This document shows positions 54,283 through 63,055 of a stretch of DNA of 64,000 bases, in pieces. Origin of the DNA: SAR86 cluster bacterium (lineage in GTDB: Bacteria > Pseudomonadota > Gammaproteobacteria > Magnimaribacterales > D2472); the NCBI GenBank assembly GCA_004212975.1, contig SHBF01000001.1, positions 2,801 through 66,800 of the forward strand, given 5' to 3'. A program made the translations under genes and the position numbers. Within the stretch, counting starts at the first letter, position 1. Each line of letters starts with the position of its first letter. The notes under the pieces are model-generated. The model made no database searches, had not been told where the DNA came from, and saw only the letters and a program-made list of their open reading frames with translations.

Positions 54283-55389
54283 ATGCCTAAGAGAGACTAC
54301 TATGAAACTCTTGAAGTCTCTCGTGATGCTTCATCAAATGAATTAAAAAAGGCCTTCAAAAAGAAGGCTATGAAATATCACCCAGATAGAAATCCAGATA
54401 ACCCAGGAGCAGCAGAAAAATTTAAAGAAGCTGCTGAAGCCTATGATGTTCTTTCAGATCCTCAAAAAAAATCTGCGTATGACCAATTTGGACATTCTGG
54501 TGTTGAAGGTATGGGAGGCGGAGGACCAAACTTTAATGATATAAATATCAATGATATTTTTGGTGACATTTTTGGAGATGTATTTGGAACTAGGTCTCAA
54601 TCCAGAAGACAAAGGAGGGGTTCGGATCTTCAATACAATCTTGATTTAGATCTTAAAGATGCGGTCTTAGGAATACAAAAGAAAATAAAAATTCCCTCGC
54701 ATACCCAATGTTCAGATTGTTCTGGATCAGGTGCTGAAAAAGGATCTAGTCCAATTACGTGTTCAAATTGTGGAGGTTCTGGTCAAATTAGAATGCAACA
54801 AGGATTTTTTTCAGTTCAACAAACCTGCTCAGTTTGTTCTGGAAATGGACAAGTAATTAAAAACATTTGTAAAACGTGTAGGGGGGCAGGAGCTATTAAA
54901 GATAACAAAACTCTTTCAGTAAATATTCCAGCTGGAGTTGATAATGGAGATAAAGTAAGGCTTTCAGGCGAAGGAGAGTGGATGAAGGGTGGTCAATCTG
55001 GCGATCTTTATGTTGCTATTAGAGTTAACAACGATCCAATTTTTGAAAGAGATGGAAGACATTTGTATATAGAAGCTCCAATACCTTTTGAAATTTCTGT
55101 AATTGGGGGCTCTATTAAGATACCAACATTAGAGAAATCCATCTCATTAAAAATCCCAGCAAACACTCAAACAGGAAAAGTTTTTAGAATTAAAGGAAAG
55201 GGAGCCTCGGTGGTTAGAGATAGAAGAAGAGGCGATATATTATGTAGAGTCGTTGTTGAGACACCTTCTAACTTAAATAAAGATCAAATGAAGCTTTTAA
55301 ATCAACTGAGTGCATCCTTAGATAAATCAAAGAACTATCCAGGTACAGACACCTTCTTGAAAGCAATTTCTAAGGTCAAAAATGATTGA
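54283..55389 (+). CDS. dnaJ: Chaperone DnaJ
   Basis: J-domain with HPDRNP, a Gly-rich linker, and four CxxCxGxG zinc-finger repeats. Confidence 0.98.
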   Translation: MPKRDYYETLEVSRDASSNELKKAFKKKAMKYHPDRNPDNPGAAEKFKEAAEAYDVLSDPQKKSAYDQFGHSGVEGMGGGGPNFNDININDIFGDIFGDVFGTRSQSRRQRRGSDLQYNLDLDLKDAVLGIQKKIKIPSHTQCSDCSGSGAEKGSSPITCSNCGGSGQIRMQQGFFSVQQTCSVCSGNGQVIKNICKTCRGAGAIKDNKTLSVNIPAGVDNGDKVRLSGEGEWMKGGQSGDLYVAIRVNNDPIFERDGRHLYIEAPIPFEISVIGGSIKIPTLEKSISLKIPANTQTGKVFRIKGKGASVVRDRRRGDILCRVVVETPSNLNKDQMKLLNQLSASLDKSKNYPGTDTFLKAISKVKND

Positions 55390-56032
55390 ATTATATATAA
55401 ATGGCAGTTCTGGAAGGATGGGCACAACTATAAATGATTTAGTGAATGAAAATGATGAATTTAAAGTTACTGACAATTTAACCTCTGCAGATGTCGTTTT
55501 AGACTTTTCTCATCCCACATCAACTAAGAAAATTATTAACAGTTGTTTAAAACATAATATTCCTATGGTCATTGGAACTACAGGGTTAAATAAAGATGTA
55601 TTAGAAAATATAGATATTGCTTCTAAAACATTACCTATAGTTCTAGCAGCAAATATGAGTATCGGTGTTTATCAATTAAAAGATTCTTTAAAAAGCTTTA
55701 TAAAAAAAAATAAAAACAGAGTTAATTGTTCTATTGAAGAAACTCATCATTTAAAGAAGCTAGATAAACCATCAGGTACTGCAATTGAAATTGAAAATTT
55801 AATTAAAGATGAAGATACACTCAATCTAATCAGCTTATCTAAAACTGTTTCTCACAGAAAAGATGATATAAGTGGAATACATAAAGTTATCTTTATAGAT
55901 AAAGATGTTACATACACCTATACGCATAAAGCAATCTCTAGAGATATTTTTGGGAATGGAGCCCTATATTGTGCGAAGAAGGTAATCAAGCTTCAACCGG
56001 ATTTATATACTTTTGAGAGGATTATTAATTAG
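55382..56032 (+). CDS. dapB: 4-hydroxy-tetrahydrodipicolinate reductase (short, 216 aa)
   Basis: GSSGRMG dinucleotide motif, MVIGTTG, EETHHLKKLDKPSGTA (compare E. coli EAHHRHKVDAPSGTA). 8-nt overlap with dnaJ. Confidence 0.88.
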   Translation: MIELYINGSSGRMGTTINDLVNENDEFKVTDNLTSADVVLDFSHPTSTKKIINSCLKHNIPMVIGTTGLNKDVLENIDIASKTLPIVLAANMSIGVYQLKDSLKSFIKKNKNRVNCSIEETHHLKKLDKPSGTAIEIENLIKDEDTLNLISLSKTVSHRKDDISGIHKVIFIDKDVTYTYTHKAISRDIFGNGALYCAKKVIKLQPDLYTFERIIN

Positions 56033-56040
56033 ATCAAAGC

Positions 56041-56169
56041 TTTAAATATTAATTATTTTTCTATAGAATACACAAACTTTAACTACGAAGATTCTGTTTT
56101 TTGTAAAGTGGGGTGCTTTAAAAGTTTGCTTTACTAAGAATCGGAGAATAACCCCAAAGGAGATAAAAA
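56041..56169 (+). promoter_or_regulatory. rpsB promoter and structured 5' leader (hairpin plus possible pseudoknot next to the SD)
   Basis: TTTAAA-17 nt-TAGAAT (56041-56069). Nested stems GATTCT 56090-95/AGAATC 56137-42 and GTAAAG 56103-08/CTTTAC 56129-34. Loop TGGGGT 56109-14 is complementary to ACCCCA 56151-56, which abuts the AAGGAG SD. Confidence 0.5.
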
Positions 56170-57072
56170 TTGAGTATAGTATCAATTAAAGACCTGCTTC
56201 AAGCAGGAGTTCACTTCGGCCATCAACAAAGATTCTGGAATCCAAAAATGAATGATTATATTTTTGATACCAGAAAACAAATTAGTATTATTAACCTAGA
56301 GATTACTCAAGAACATTTAAGTGCAGCTGCATCTAAAGTTGAGGATATATGTTCAAAGGGTAATAAAATTTTATTTGTTGGTACAAAAAGGTCTGCAAGC
56401 AAAACAATTAAGGAAGAAGCATCTCAAATAGGGTTGCCTTATGTTGATAAAAGATGGTTAGGCGGAACCCTTACAAACTGGAAGACAATTAGAGGCTCTA
56501 TTAGAAGACTTATAGATATTGAAGAAATGATTTCTTCAGGAAGAATTGAAAAGCTAATTAAAAAGGAAGCGGTAGAAATTCAAAAAGAATATACAAAATT
56601 AAAGGCTAGCGTTGGCGGTATAAAAGATATGAAAGGTTTGCCTGATGCAATTTTTGTTGTTGATGTAAAGTATGAAAAGATTGCAGTACTTGAGGCAAAA
56701 AAAATGGGTATTCCAGTTATTGGAATAGTTGATACAAACTCTGACCCAGATGGTATCGATACTATTATCCCCGCTAATGATGATGCAATAAGATCAATTA
56801 GGCTAATTACTAAAGTTATCTCAGATGCCTGCGCTAGAGGTATAGAATCTGCAAAGGGATTTGCTCCTAAATCTGATGCACCAGTTATTCAAAAAGTTAA
56901 AAAAGATGATTCTGAAGTAACAATTGAAGATAATCAAGAAGAAGTTGCAGATGCTCCAAGTGCTGATAATGAAGCTGAAAAAGAAGTTAAAGCTGATATG
57001 GAATCGACCGAGGTTGACCAAGAACTTTCGGATGATACTCCACCTGAAGATACTAATGAAGAGGATAAGTGA
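56170..57072 (+). CDS. rpsB: 30S ribosomal protein S2 (with ~55-aa acidic C-terminal tail)
   Basis: TTG start 7 nt after an AAGGAG RBS. MSIVSIKDLLQAGVHFGHQQRFWNPKM. 300 aa. Confidence 0.98.
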   Translation: MSIVSIKDLLQAGVHFGHQQRFWNPKMNDYIFDTRKQISIINLEITQEHLSAAASKVEDICSKGNKILFVGTKRSASKTIKEEASQIGLPYVDKRWLGGTLTNWKTIRGSIRRLIDIEEMISSGRIEKLIKKEAVEIQKEYTKLKASVGGIKDMKGLPDAIFVVDVKYEKIAVLEAKKMGIPVIGIVDTNSDPDGIDTIIPANDDAIRSIRLITKVISDACARGIESAKGFAPKSDAPVIQKVKKDDSEVTIEDNQEEVADAPSADNEAEKEVKADMESTEVDQELSDDTPPEDTNEEDK

Positions 57073-57932
57073 TAGTGGAAATTAAAGCATCACAAGTAAA
57101 AGAGTTAAGAGATATGACTGGTGTTGCAATGATGGACTGCAAAAAAGCACTTGTTGAATGTGAAGGCGATATAGAAAAAGCTCTTGATCTTTTACGATCA
57201 AATAGTGCGCTTAAAGCAGAAAAAAAATCTTCAAGAGTTGCAGCAGATGGAATCTTGGTCGTATCTGTAAATGAAGATTATGCAACTTTGGTAGAGTTAA
57301 ATTCAGAAACAGATTTTGCTGCAAAAGATGCAAACTTTTTATCTTTTGGTGAAAAGGTAAAAGAATATATTTCAAAAAATAAAATCTTTGAAGCTTCGGT
57401 TCTTAAAGAGTCCTCACTGGAAGATGACAGAAAAGCATTAGTTCAAACCATTGGCGAAAATATTCAAATTAGAAGAGTTGTTACTCTTGAATTTGATTCA
57501 ACTATGAACATTGGCATCTATATTCATTCTGATTCAAAACTTGGTTCATTGGTTGTTACAAAGGACGGAAGTGATGAAATAGCAAAAGATATTGCAATGC
57601 ATGTGTCGGCTTTTAACCCTTTATGTTTATCTCAAGATGATATAGATAAAGATGTACTTGAGAGGGAAAAAGCAATATATCAAAATCAAGCTCAAGATTC
57701 TGGTAAACCACAGGATATTATGGATAAAATGGTTGATGGGAAGATTAAGAGATTCTTATCAGAGGTTTCATTAATTTCTCAAAATTTTGTTAAAGATCCT
57801 GACATTACAGTTCAAGAGTATTTAGAAAAGGGTGGCGCAACAATTGTTGAGTTTGCTAGATTAAAAGTTGGTGAGGGAATCGAGGTTGAGACAAAAGATT
57901 TCGCTGAAGAGGTTGCAGAACAGTTAAAGTAA
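57069..57932 (+). CDS. tsf: Elongation factor Ts
   Basis: ...KASQVKELRDMTGVAMMDCKKAL... GTG start at 57069 (GTGA overlap with the rpsB stop) or GTG at 57075. Confidence 0.97.
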   Translation: MIVEIKASQVKELRDMTGVAMMDCKKALVECEGDIEKALDLLRSNSALKAEKKSSRVAADGILVVSVNEDYATLVELNSETDFAAKDANFLSFGEKVKEYISKNKIFEASVLKESSLEDDRKALVQTIGENIQIRRVVTLEFDSTMNIGIYIHSDSKLGSLVVTKDGSDEIAKDIAMHVSAFNPLCLSQDDIDKDVLEREKAIYQNQAQDSGKPQDIMDKMVDGKIKRFLSEVSLISQNFVKDPDITVQEYLEKGGATIVEFARLKVGEGIEVETKDFAEEVAEQLK

Positions 57933-57935
57933 ATT

Positions 57936-58649
57936 ATGTCTAAGTTAGAGCATAAAAGAATTCTGCTTAAATTTAGTGGAGAATCTGTTGCTGGAAATGA
58001 AAAACAAGGCATTGATCCAAAAATATTAGATGGAATGGCAAGCTCAGTTAAGTCTTGCAAAGAATTAGATGCAGAAATTGGCATTGTTATTGGTGGTGGA
58101 AATCTTTTTAGGGGAGAAAAATTAAATAAAGCTGGAATGGACAGGGTTGCTGGTGATCATATGGGAATGTTAGCAACTGTTATGAATGGAATTGCTTTAA
58201 GAGATTCTCTCGAAAGAGCTGGAATTAAAACAAGAGTTATGTCTGCAATATCTATGTCAGGTATTGTTGAACATTATGATAGAAGATTAGCCATTCAATT
58301 ATTAAGTGACGGGTATGTTGTAATATTTACAGCTGGAACAGGAAATCCATTTTTTACAACAGATACAGCCGGGTGTTTGAGAGCAATAGAAACTCAGGCT
58401 GACCTTATGTTAAAAGCAACAAGAGTTGATGGAGTGTATGACTCTGATCCAGAATTAAATAAAGATGCAAAATTTTTTGATGCTTTATCATTTGATGATG
58501 CCATATCAAAAAATCTTAAAGTTATGGATGCTACAGCTCTAACACTCGCAAGAGATCACGGATTACCTATAAATGTTTTTAATGTAAATAACCATAATGC
58601 ATTAAAAGACATAATTTGTGGCAAAAAAGTAGGTACACTTATATCTTAA
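57936..58649 (+). CDS. pyrH: UMP kinase
   Basis: ...[14 protein letters not shown]..., ...[15 protein letters not shown]... Confidence 0.97.
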   Translation: MSKLEHKRILLKFSGESVAGNEKQGIDPKILDGMASSVKSCKELDAEIGIVIGGGNLFRGEKLNKAGMDRVAGDHMGMLATVMNGIALRDSLERAGIKTRVMSAISMSGIVEHYDRRLAIQLLSDGYVVIFTAGTGNPFFTTDTAGCLRAIETQADLMLKATRVDGVYDSDPELNKDAKFFDALSFDDAISKNLKVMDATALTLARDHGLPINVFNVNNHNALKDIICGKKVGTLIS

Positions 58650-58650
58650 T

Positions 58651-59205
58651 ATGGAAAATTTACTAAATGATGTAACGCAAAGAATGGATAAATCATTATC
58701 CGCTCTCAGAAGCGCCTTTAACAAAATAAGAACTGGAAGAGCGAATCCAGCAATACTTGATGATGTAAACGTAGATTATTATGGGAATATGACTCCTATC
58801 AATCAAACATCTAATATAAGTATTGAAGAGGGTAGATCTATAGTTATATCACCGTGGGATAAAAATTTAATCCCTGAAATAGAAAAAGCAATTTTAAACT
58901 CTGACCTTGGTCTTAATCCTAGTACAAGCGGTGACTTAATTAGAGTCACTATGCCTGCTTTAACAGAAGAAACAAGACAGGATTACATAAAACAAGCTAG
59001 AGCAGAAGCTGAAAACTCAAGAGTTTCTATCAGAAATATTAGAAGAGATGCCAACCAAGCAGCAAAAGAAAAACAACAATCATCTGAAATTTCAGAAGAC
59101 GAGTTGAGAAGAATTGAAGATTTAATTCAAAAAGAAACTGACAAATTCATTTCAATTGTTGATTCAGATTTAAAAAATAAAGAATCAGACTTACTCGAAA
59201 TTTAG
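58651..59205 (+). CDS. frr: Ribosome recycling factor
   Basis: 184 aa, ...FNKIRTGRANPAILDDV... Confidence 0.97.
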   Translation: MENLLNDVTQRMDKSLSALRSAFNKIRTGRANPAILDDVNVDYYGNMTPINQTSNISIEEGRSIVISPWDKNLIPEIEKAILNSDLGLNPSTSGDLIRVTMPALTEETRQDYIKQARAEAENSRVSIRNIRRDANQAAKEKQQSSEISEDELRRIEDLIQKETDKFISIVDSDLKNKESDLLEI

Positions 59206-59214
59206 TGGCCTTAT

Positions 59215-59934
59215 ATGGCTAATACTAGCAAAATTAATACACCAAAACACGTCGCTATAATTATGGATGGCAATGGAAGATGGGCCATTAAAAACTCTTT
59301 AAAAATTAGTGAAGGTCACAAGAAAGGAGTGAGCATTGTAAAAGATATAGTTGAGGAATCAGTCAAGCAAGATCTATCATCTTTAACAATCTACGCTTTT
59401 AGTACTGAGAACTGGAAAAGACCTAAAACTGAGGTTACCGCTATTAAAAAATTAGTTATTGATGCAATCAATGATCAAGTTCCCGAACTAAAAGAGCAGA
59501 GAGTAAGGCTAAAGTTTTTTGGACACACATACGACTTTGGAAAAAAAGTCATTGATAAGATAGATTATGCGGAACAAGAAACGCACATAAAAAAGAGTAA
59601 GCTAGACTTGAACGTTGCCCTTGGATACGGTGGCAAGCAAGATATTGTGGACATAACTAAAAAAATAGCATCAAGTGTTTTGGCTAAACAAATCAAAATA
59701 GAAGATATTAATGAAAAAGTTATACATAATGCATCATCCGTTCCAGTTGAAGACATAGACCTATTAATTAGAACTGGCGGTGATAACAGAATAAGCAATT
59801 TTCTTCTTTATCAAATAGCATATGCTGAGATAATGTTTGTTAATAAATATTGGCCTGATTTTAATAGGAAAGACTTTTTAAAATGTATTGATAATTTTAA
59901 AAAAATTAATAGAAGATTTGGCAAAAGAAAATGA
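59215..59934 (+). CDS. uppS: Ditrans,polycis-undecaprenyl-diphosphate synthase
   Basis: HVAIIMDGNGRWA, ...DLLIRTGGDNRISNFLLYQIAYAE... Confidence 0.96.
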   Translation: MANTSKINTPKHVAIIMDGNGRWAIKNSLKISEGHKKGVSIVKDIVEESVKQDLSSLTIYAFSTENWKRPKTEVTAIKKLVIDAINDQVPELKEQRVRLKFFGHTYDFGKKVIDKIDYAEQETHIKKSKLDLNVALGYGGKQDIVDITKKIASSVLAKQIKIEDINEKVIHNASSVPVEDIDLLIRTGGDNRISNFLLYQIAYAEIMFVNKYWPDFNRKDFLKCIDNFKKINRRFGKRK

Positions 59935-60536
59935 ATACAATGCTTACAAGACTTGCTACATCGTTATTATTAGTTCTGATTATCTTTTTAATCATTTATT
60001 TAGAAAATATTTGGATATTTTCATTAGCAATATCCTTTGTTTGTATTTTAGGAATATTTGAGTGGGTAACAAATAAATTTGAACATCTTTTTTTAGGATT
60101 ATTTCTTATTTTCGGCTTCGGTTCATGTTCAATCTTTTATATGTTATTAAATGAAAATTTTTATCTTTTGTATGTATTAATTATTATGAATACAGCAATT
60201 TTTGATACATTTGCTTACGTCATCGGAACTAAGTTTGGAGCTAATTTTATTGTAAAAAAGATTAGCCCTAATAAAACTCTTGAGGGTTTGGCTGGAGGTA
60301 TGAGTGGATCCATAATTTTTGGATTGATATGTGGCCATATATTTGAAATCAATTTTCTACCACTTATTTTTATGTTGGGAGGATTTTTGGCATTTATCGG
60401 AGATTTACTAATAAGTTATTTCAAAAGACAATCAGGAGTTAAAGATACAGGTTCAATTCTTCCAGGTCATGGAGGAATTCTAGATAGAATAGATTCTCAT
60501 CTTATAGCAACTCCAGTATTAATTTTATTATTATGA
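59931..60536 (+). CDS. cdsA: Phosphatidate cytidylyltransferase (short, 201 aa)
   Basis: C-terminal signature SYFKRQSGVKDTGSILPGHGGILDRIDS, plus FDTFAYVIG and SPNKTLEG. Confidence 0.9.
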   Translation: MNTMLTRLATSLLLVLIIFLIIYLENIWIFSLAISFVCILGIFEWVTNKFEHLFLGLFLIFGFGSCSIFYMLLNENFYLLYVLIIMNTAIFDTFAYVIGTKFGANFIVKKISPNKTLEGLAGGMSGSIIFGLICGHIFEINFLPLIFMLGGFLAFIGDLLISYFKRQSGVKDTGSILPGHGGILDRIDSHLIATPVLILLL

Positions 60537-61681
60537 AGAATGTTCTTTTACTAGGAGCTACAGGTAGCATTGGAAAAAGTGTTCTTAGTGTCATTTCTCA
60601 AAATAAAGAATCATTAAATTTAATTGGCATATCTTTCAACAAAAATGTTTCACGATATCAAGAAATATTAGAAAAACATTCACCTGAATACGTTTATATT
60701 GAAGACCATGATTCATTTAAAAGTCTTTGCAGTAAAGATAAGGAAAGATATTTAAGTGGTGATGAGGAGCTTGAAAGACTAATTAATAGAGATGATGTCG
60801 ACATTATTGTATGTGCTACATCTGGATTTGCGGGCTTAAAAACTGCATATATTGCATCCAAGACAGGAAAAAAGATTTTATTAGCAAATAAAGAAAGTAT
60901 TGTTGCAGGCGGAGACTTAATTTTACCTCTAGCAAAAGAGAATAATACTAAAATTATCCCAATTGATAGCGAGCATAATGCAATTTTTCAATGTTTATCC
61001 GGTGAGAAGGGTACTGAAGATGTAAAGAGTATTACTATTACTGCATCTGGTGGGCCTTTTATTAATGCCTCTATTAAAGAGTTACAGCATGTTACTGTAG
61101 AGGATGCTCTTATACATCCTAATTGGAAGATGGGAAGCAAAGTTACGATCGATTCTGCTACTTTAGTTAATAAATGCTTAGAACTTATTGAAGCTAGATA
61201 TTTATTTGATTTAGATGAAAAATATTTTGATTTAGTCATTCATCCACAAAGCATAATACACTCAATAGTCACATATATAGATGGCTCAAGTATATGCCAG
61301 ATGAGTTCTCCTGACATGAGGGTTCCCATTGCTCATGCTCTTTCTGAAGAAAACAGAATTCCAATTGATTTTAAAGACTTAGACTTTAGTAACTTAAATC
61401 TATCTTTTCAAGAGTTTCCGTCCGACAGATCGAAGATTCAAGATATTGCAAGAGATGTATGTAATAAAGGTGGATTTCTAGGAACTGTATTTAATGCTGC
61501 TAATGAAATTGCTGTGGAAAGTTTTTTAAATAAAAAAATTAACTTTAATGAAATTTATGAAGTTATATATCGAACTTTTGATAAAAATATTGTGTCTAAT
61601 GAAGTAACGATAGAATCAATAAATGAGGTTGACGCTCAAACACGCATTCATGCTCAGAAGGTGGTAAAATCGTTTGCTTAA
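60533..61681 (+). CDS. dxr: 1-deoxy-D-xylulose-5-phosphate reductoisomerase
   Basis: LLGATGSIG, ...LANKESIV..., ...PIDSEHNAIFQC..., HPNWKMG. Confidence 0.97.
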   Translation: MKNVLLLGATGSIGKSVLSVISQNKESLNLIGISFNKNVSRYQEILEKHSPEYVYIEDHDSFKSLCSKDKERYLSGDEELERLINRDDVDIIVCATSGFAGLKTAYIASKTGKKILLANKESIVAGGDLILPLAKENNTKIIPIDSEHNAIFQCLSGEKGTEDVKSITITASGGPFINASIKELQHVTVEDALIHPNWKMGSKVTIDSATLVNKCLELIEARYLFDLDEKYFDLVIHPQSIIHSIVTYIDGSSICQMSSPDMRVPIAHALSEENRIPIDFKDLDFSNLNLSFQEFPSDRSKIQDIARDVCNKGGFLGTVFNAANEIAVESFLNKKINFNEIYEVIYRTFDKNIVSNEVTIESINEVDAQTRIHAQKVVKSFA

Positions 61682-61693
61682 AATAAATCAAAT

Positions 61694-63046
61694 ATGACGT
61701 ATTTAATATACATATTAGCTTTCTTGGTTCTTTTGGGAGTTCTTGTCACTATCCACGAATTTGGGCATTTTATTGTTGCTAGGATGTGTAAAGTTCATGT
61801 TCAAAGATTTTCCATAGGCATGGGCCCAGTTTTTTATAAAAAACTAGATAAACATGGAACTGAATTTGCCCTATCAGCAATACCCCTAGGTGGATATGTT
61901 TCAATGATTACAAATAAATTAATTGAACTTGAGCCTGAGATATCGAACCAACTTACTGAGGAACAATTAAAAAATACATTTGATTCAAAGCCAAAATGGC
62001 AAAGAGCTTCAATTATGTTTGCAGGACCATTAGCTAACTTTCTTTTATCAATTTTTATATTTACAGGTATTTTCTTAAACACTGCAGATCCTAAAATTGT
62101 ACCTGTAGTAAATTCAGCTAATCAGCAAATAACATACTCATCCGATGAATCATTTGAGATTAATGATCAAATATTATCAATAAATAATACGTCTGTTAAA
62201 GAAGCAAAAGACGTTAATTTGGAATTACTAACTTATGCGGGATATACAGGTGATTTAAGTTTTGAAGTAGCTCGGGACGGACTTGAAAATTCCATAAATA
62301 TTTTAGTTAAAGTAAGTAATTTTTTACCAACCTCTGAATCTCAAAGTAATCCAACTGAATATCTCGGAGTTGATATTTCATATTTAATGCAGCCAATAAT
62401 TGGTAAAGTAATTCCAAGTGGGTCCGCAGACAATGCTGGAATAAAATCCAACGATAGGATATTGAAAATAGGAGATGCCAATATTAACTTTGCCTCAGAT
62501 ATTCAAAAGCAGGTTTCAGAAAATCCAAATAATAACGTTGAGTTTAAGATTGAAAGAGATGGCAAAATTATTTATTTACCGGTAGATATTGGGTCTCAGA
62601 GCAGGGAAGATAAGATTGTTGGCATGCTCGGAGTATCTTTTGGAACATCAAGAGGCTTATATCAGTCACTATTAAAAGGTGTTTATGAAACATACAACTT
62701 AAGTGTGAAGACTCTCCAGTTTATAGGAAAAATGATCAGTGGAAATATGGGTACCGAAAATTTAAGTGGTCCAATTGGCATTGCTCAAATGGCAGGAGAT
62801 ACTGCTCAAGCAGGATTTTTACCATTCATGTATTTGATGGCACTCTTAAGTATCAGTCTAGCAGTGCTTAATTTATTACCAATTCCAGTGTTGGACGGGG
62901 GACAGCTCACTTTACTTGGAATTGAGGCAATAAGAGGAAAACCGTTACCTGAAAAGGCAGAAAACATAATTTACACTGGTGGCGCAGCAATTGTTGTCAT
63001 GCTTATGGTTTTTGCAATTTTTAATGACATATCAAGATTTCTATAG
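61694..63046 (+). CDS. rseP: Site-2 zinc metalloprotease RseP
   Basis: HEFGHF zinc motif in TM1, central PDZ-like region, C-terminal NLLPIPVLDGG. Confidence 0.96.
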   Translation: MTYLIYILAFLVLLGVLVTIHEFGHFIVARMCKVHVQRFSIGMGPVFYKKLDKHGTEFALSAIPLGGYVSMITNKLIELEPEISNQLTEEQLKNTFDSKPKWQRASIMFAGPLANFLLSIFIFTGIFLNTADPKIVPVVNSANQQITYSSDESFEINDQILSINNTSVKEAKDVNLELLTYAGYTGDLSFEVARDGLENSINILVKVSNFLPTSESQSNPTEYLGVDISYLMQPIIGKVIPSGSADNAGIKSNDRILKIGDANINFASDIQKQVSENPNNNVEFKIERDGKIIYLPVDIGSQSREDKIVGMLGVSFGTSRGLYQSLLKGVYETYNLSVKTLQFIGKMISGNMGTENLSGPIGIAQMAGDTAQAGFLPFMYLMALLSISLAVLNLLPIPVLDGGQLTLLGIEAIRGKPLPEKAENIIYTGGAAIVVMLMVFAIFNDISRFL

Positions 63047-63055
63047 GCTTTATAA

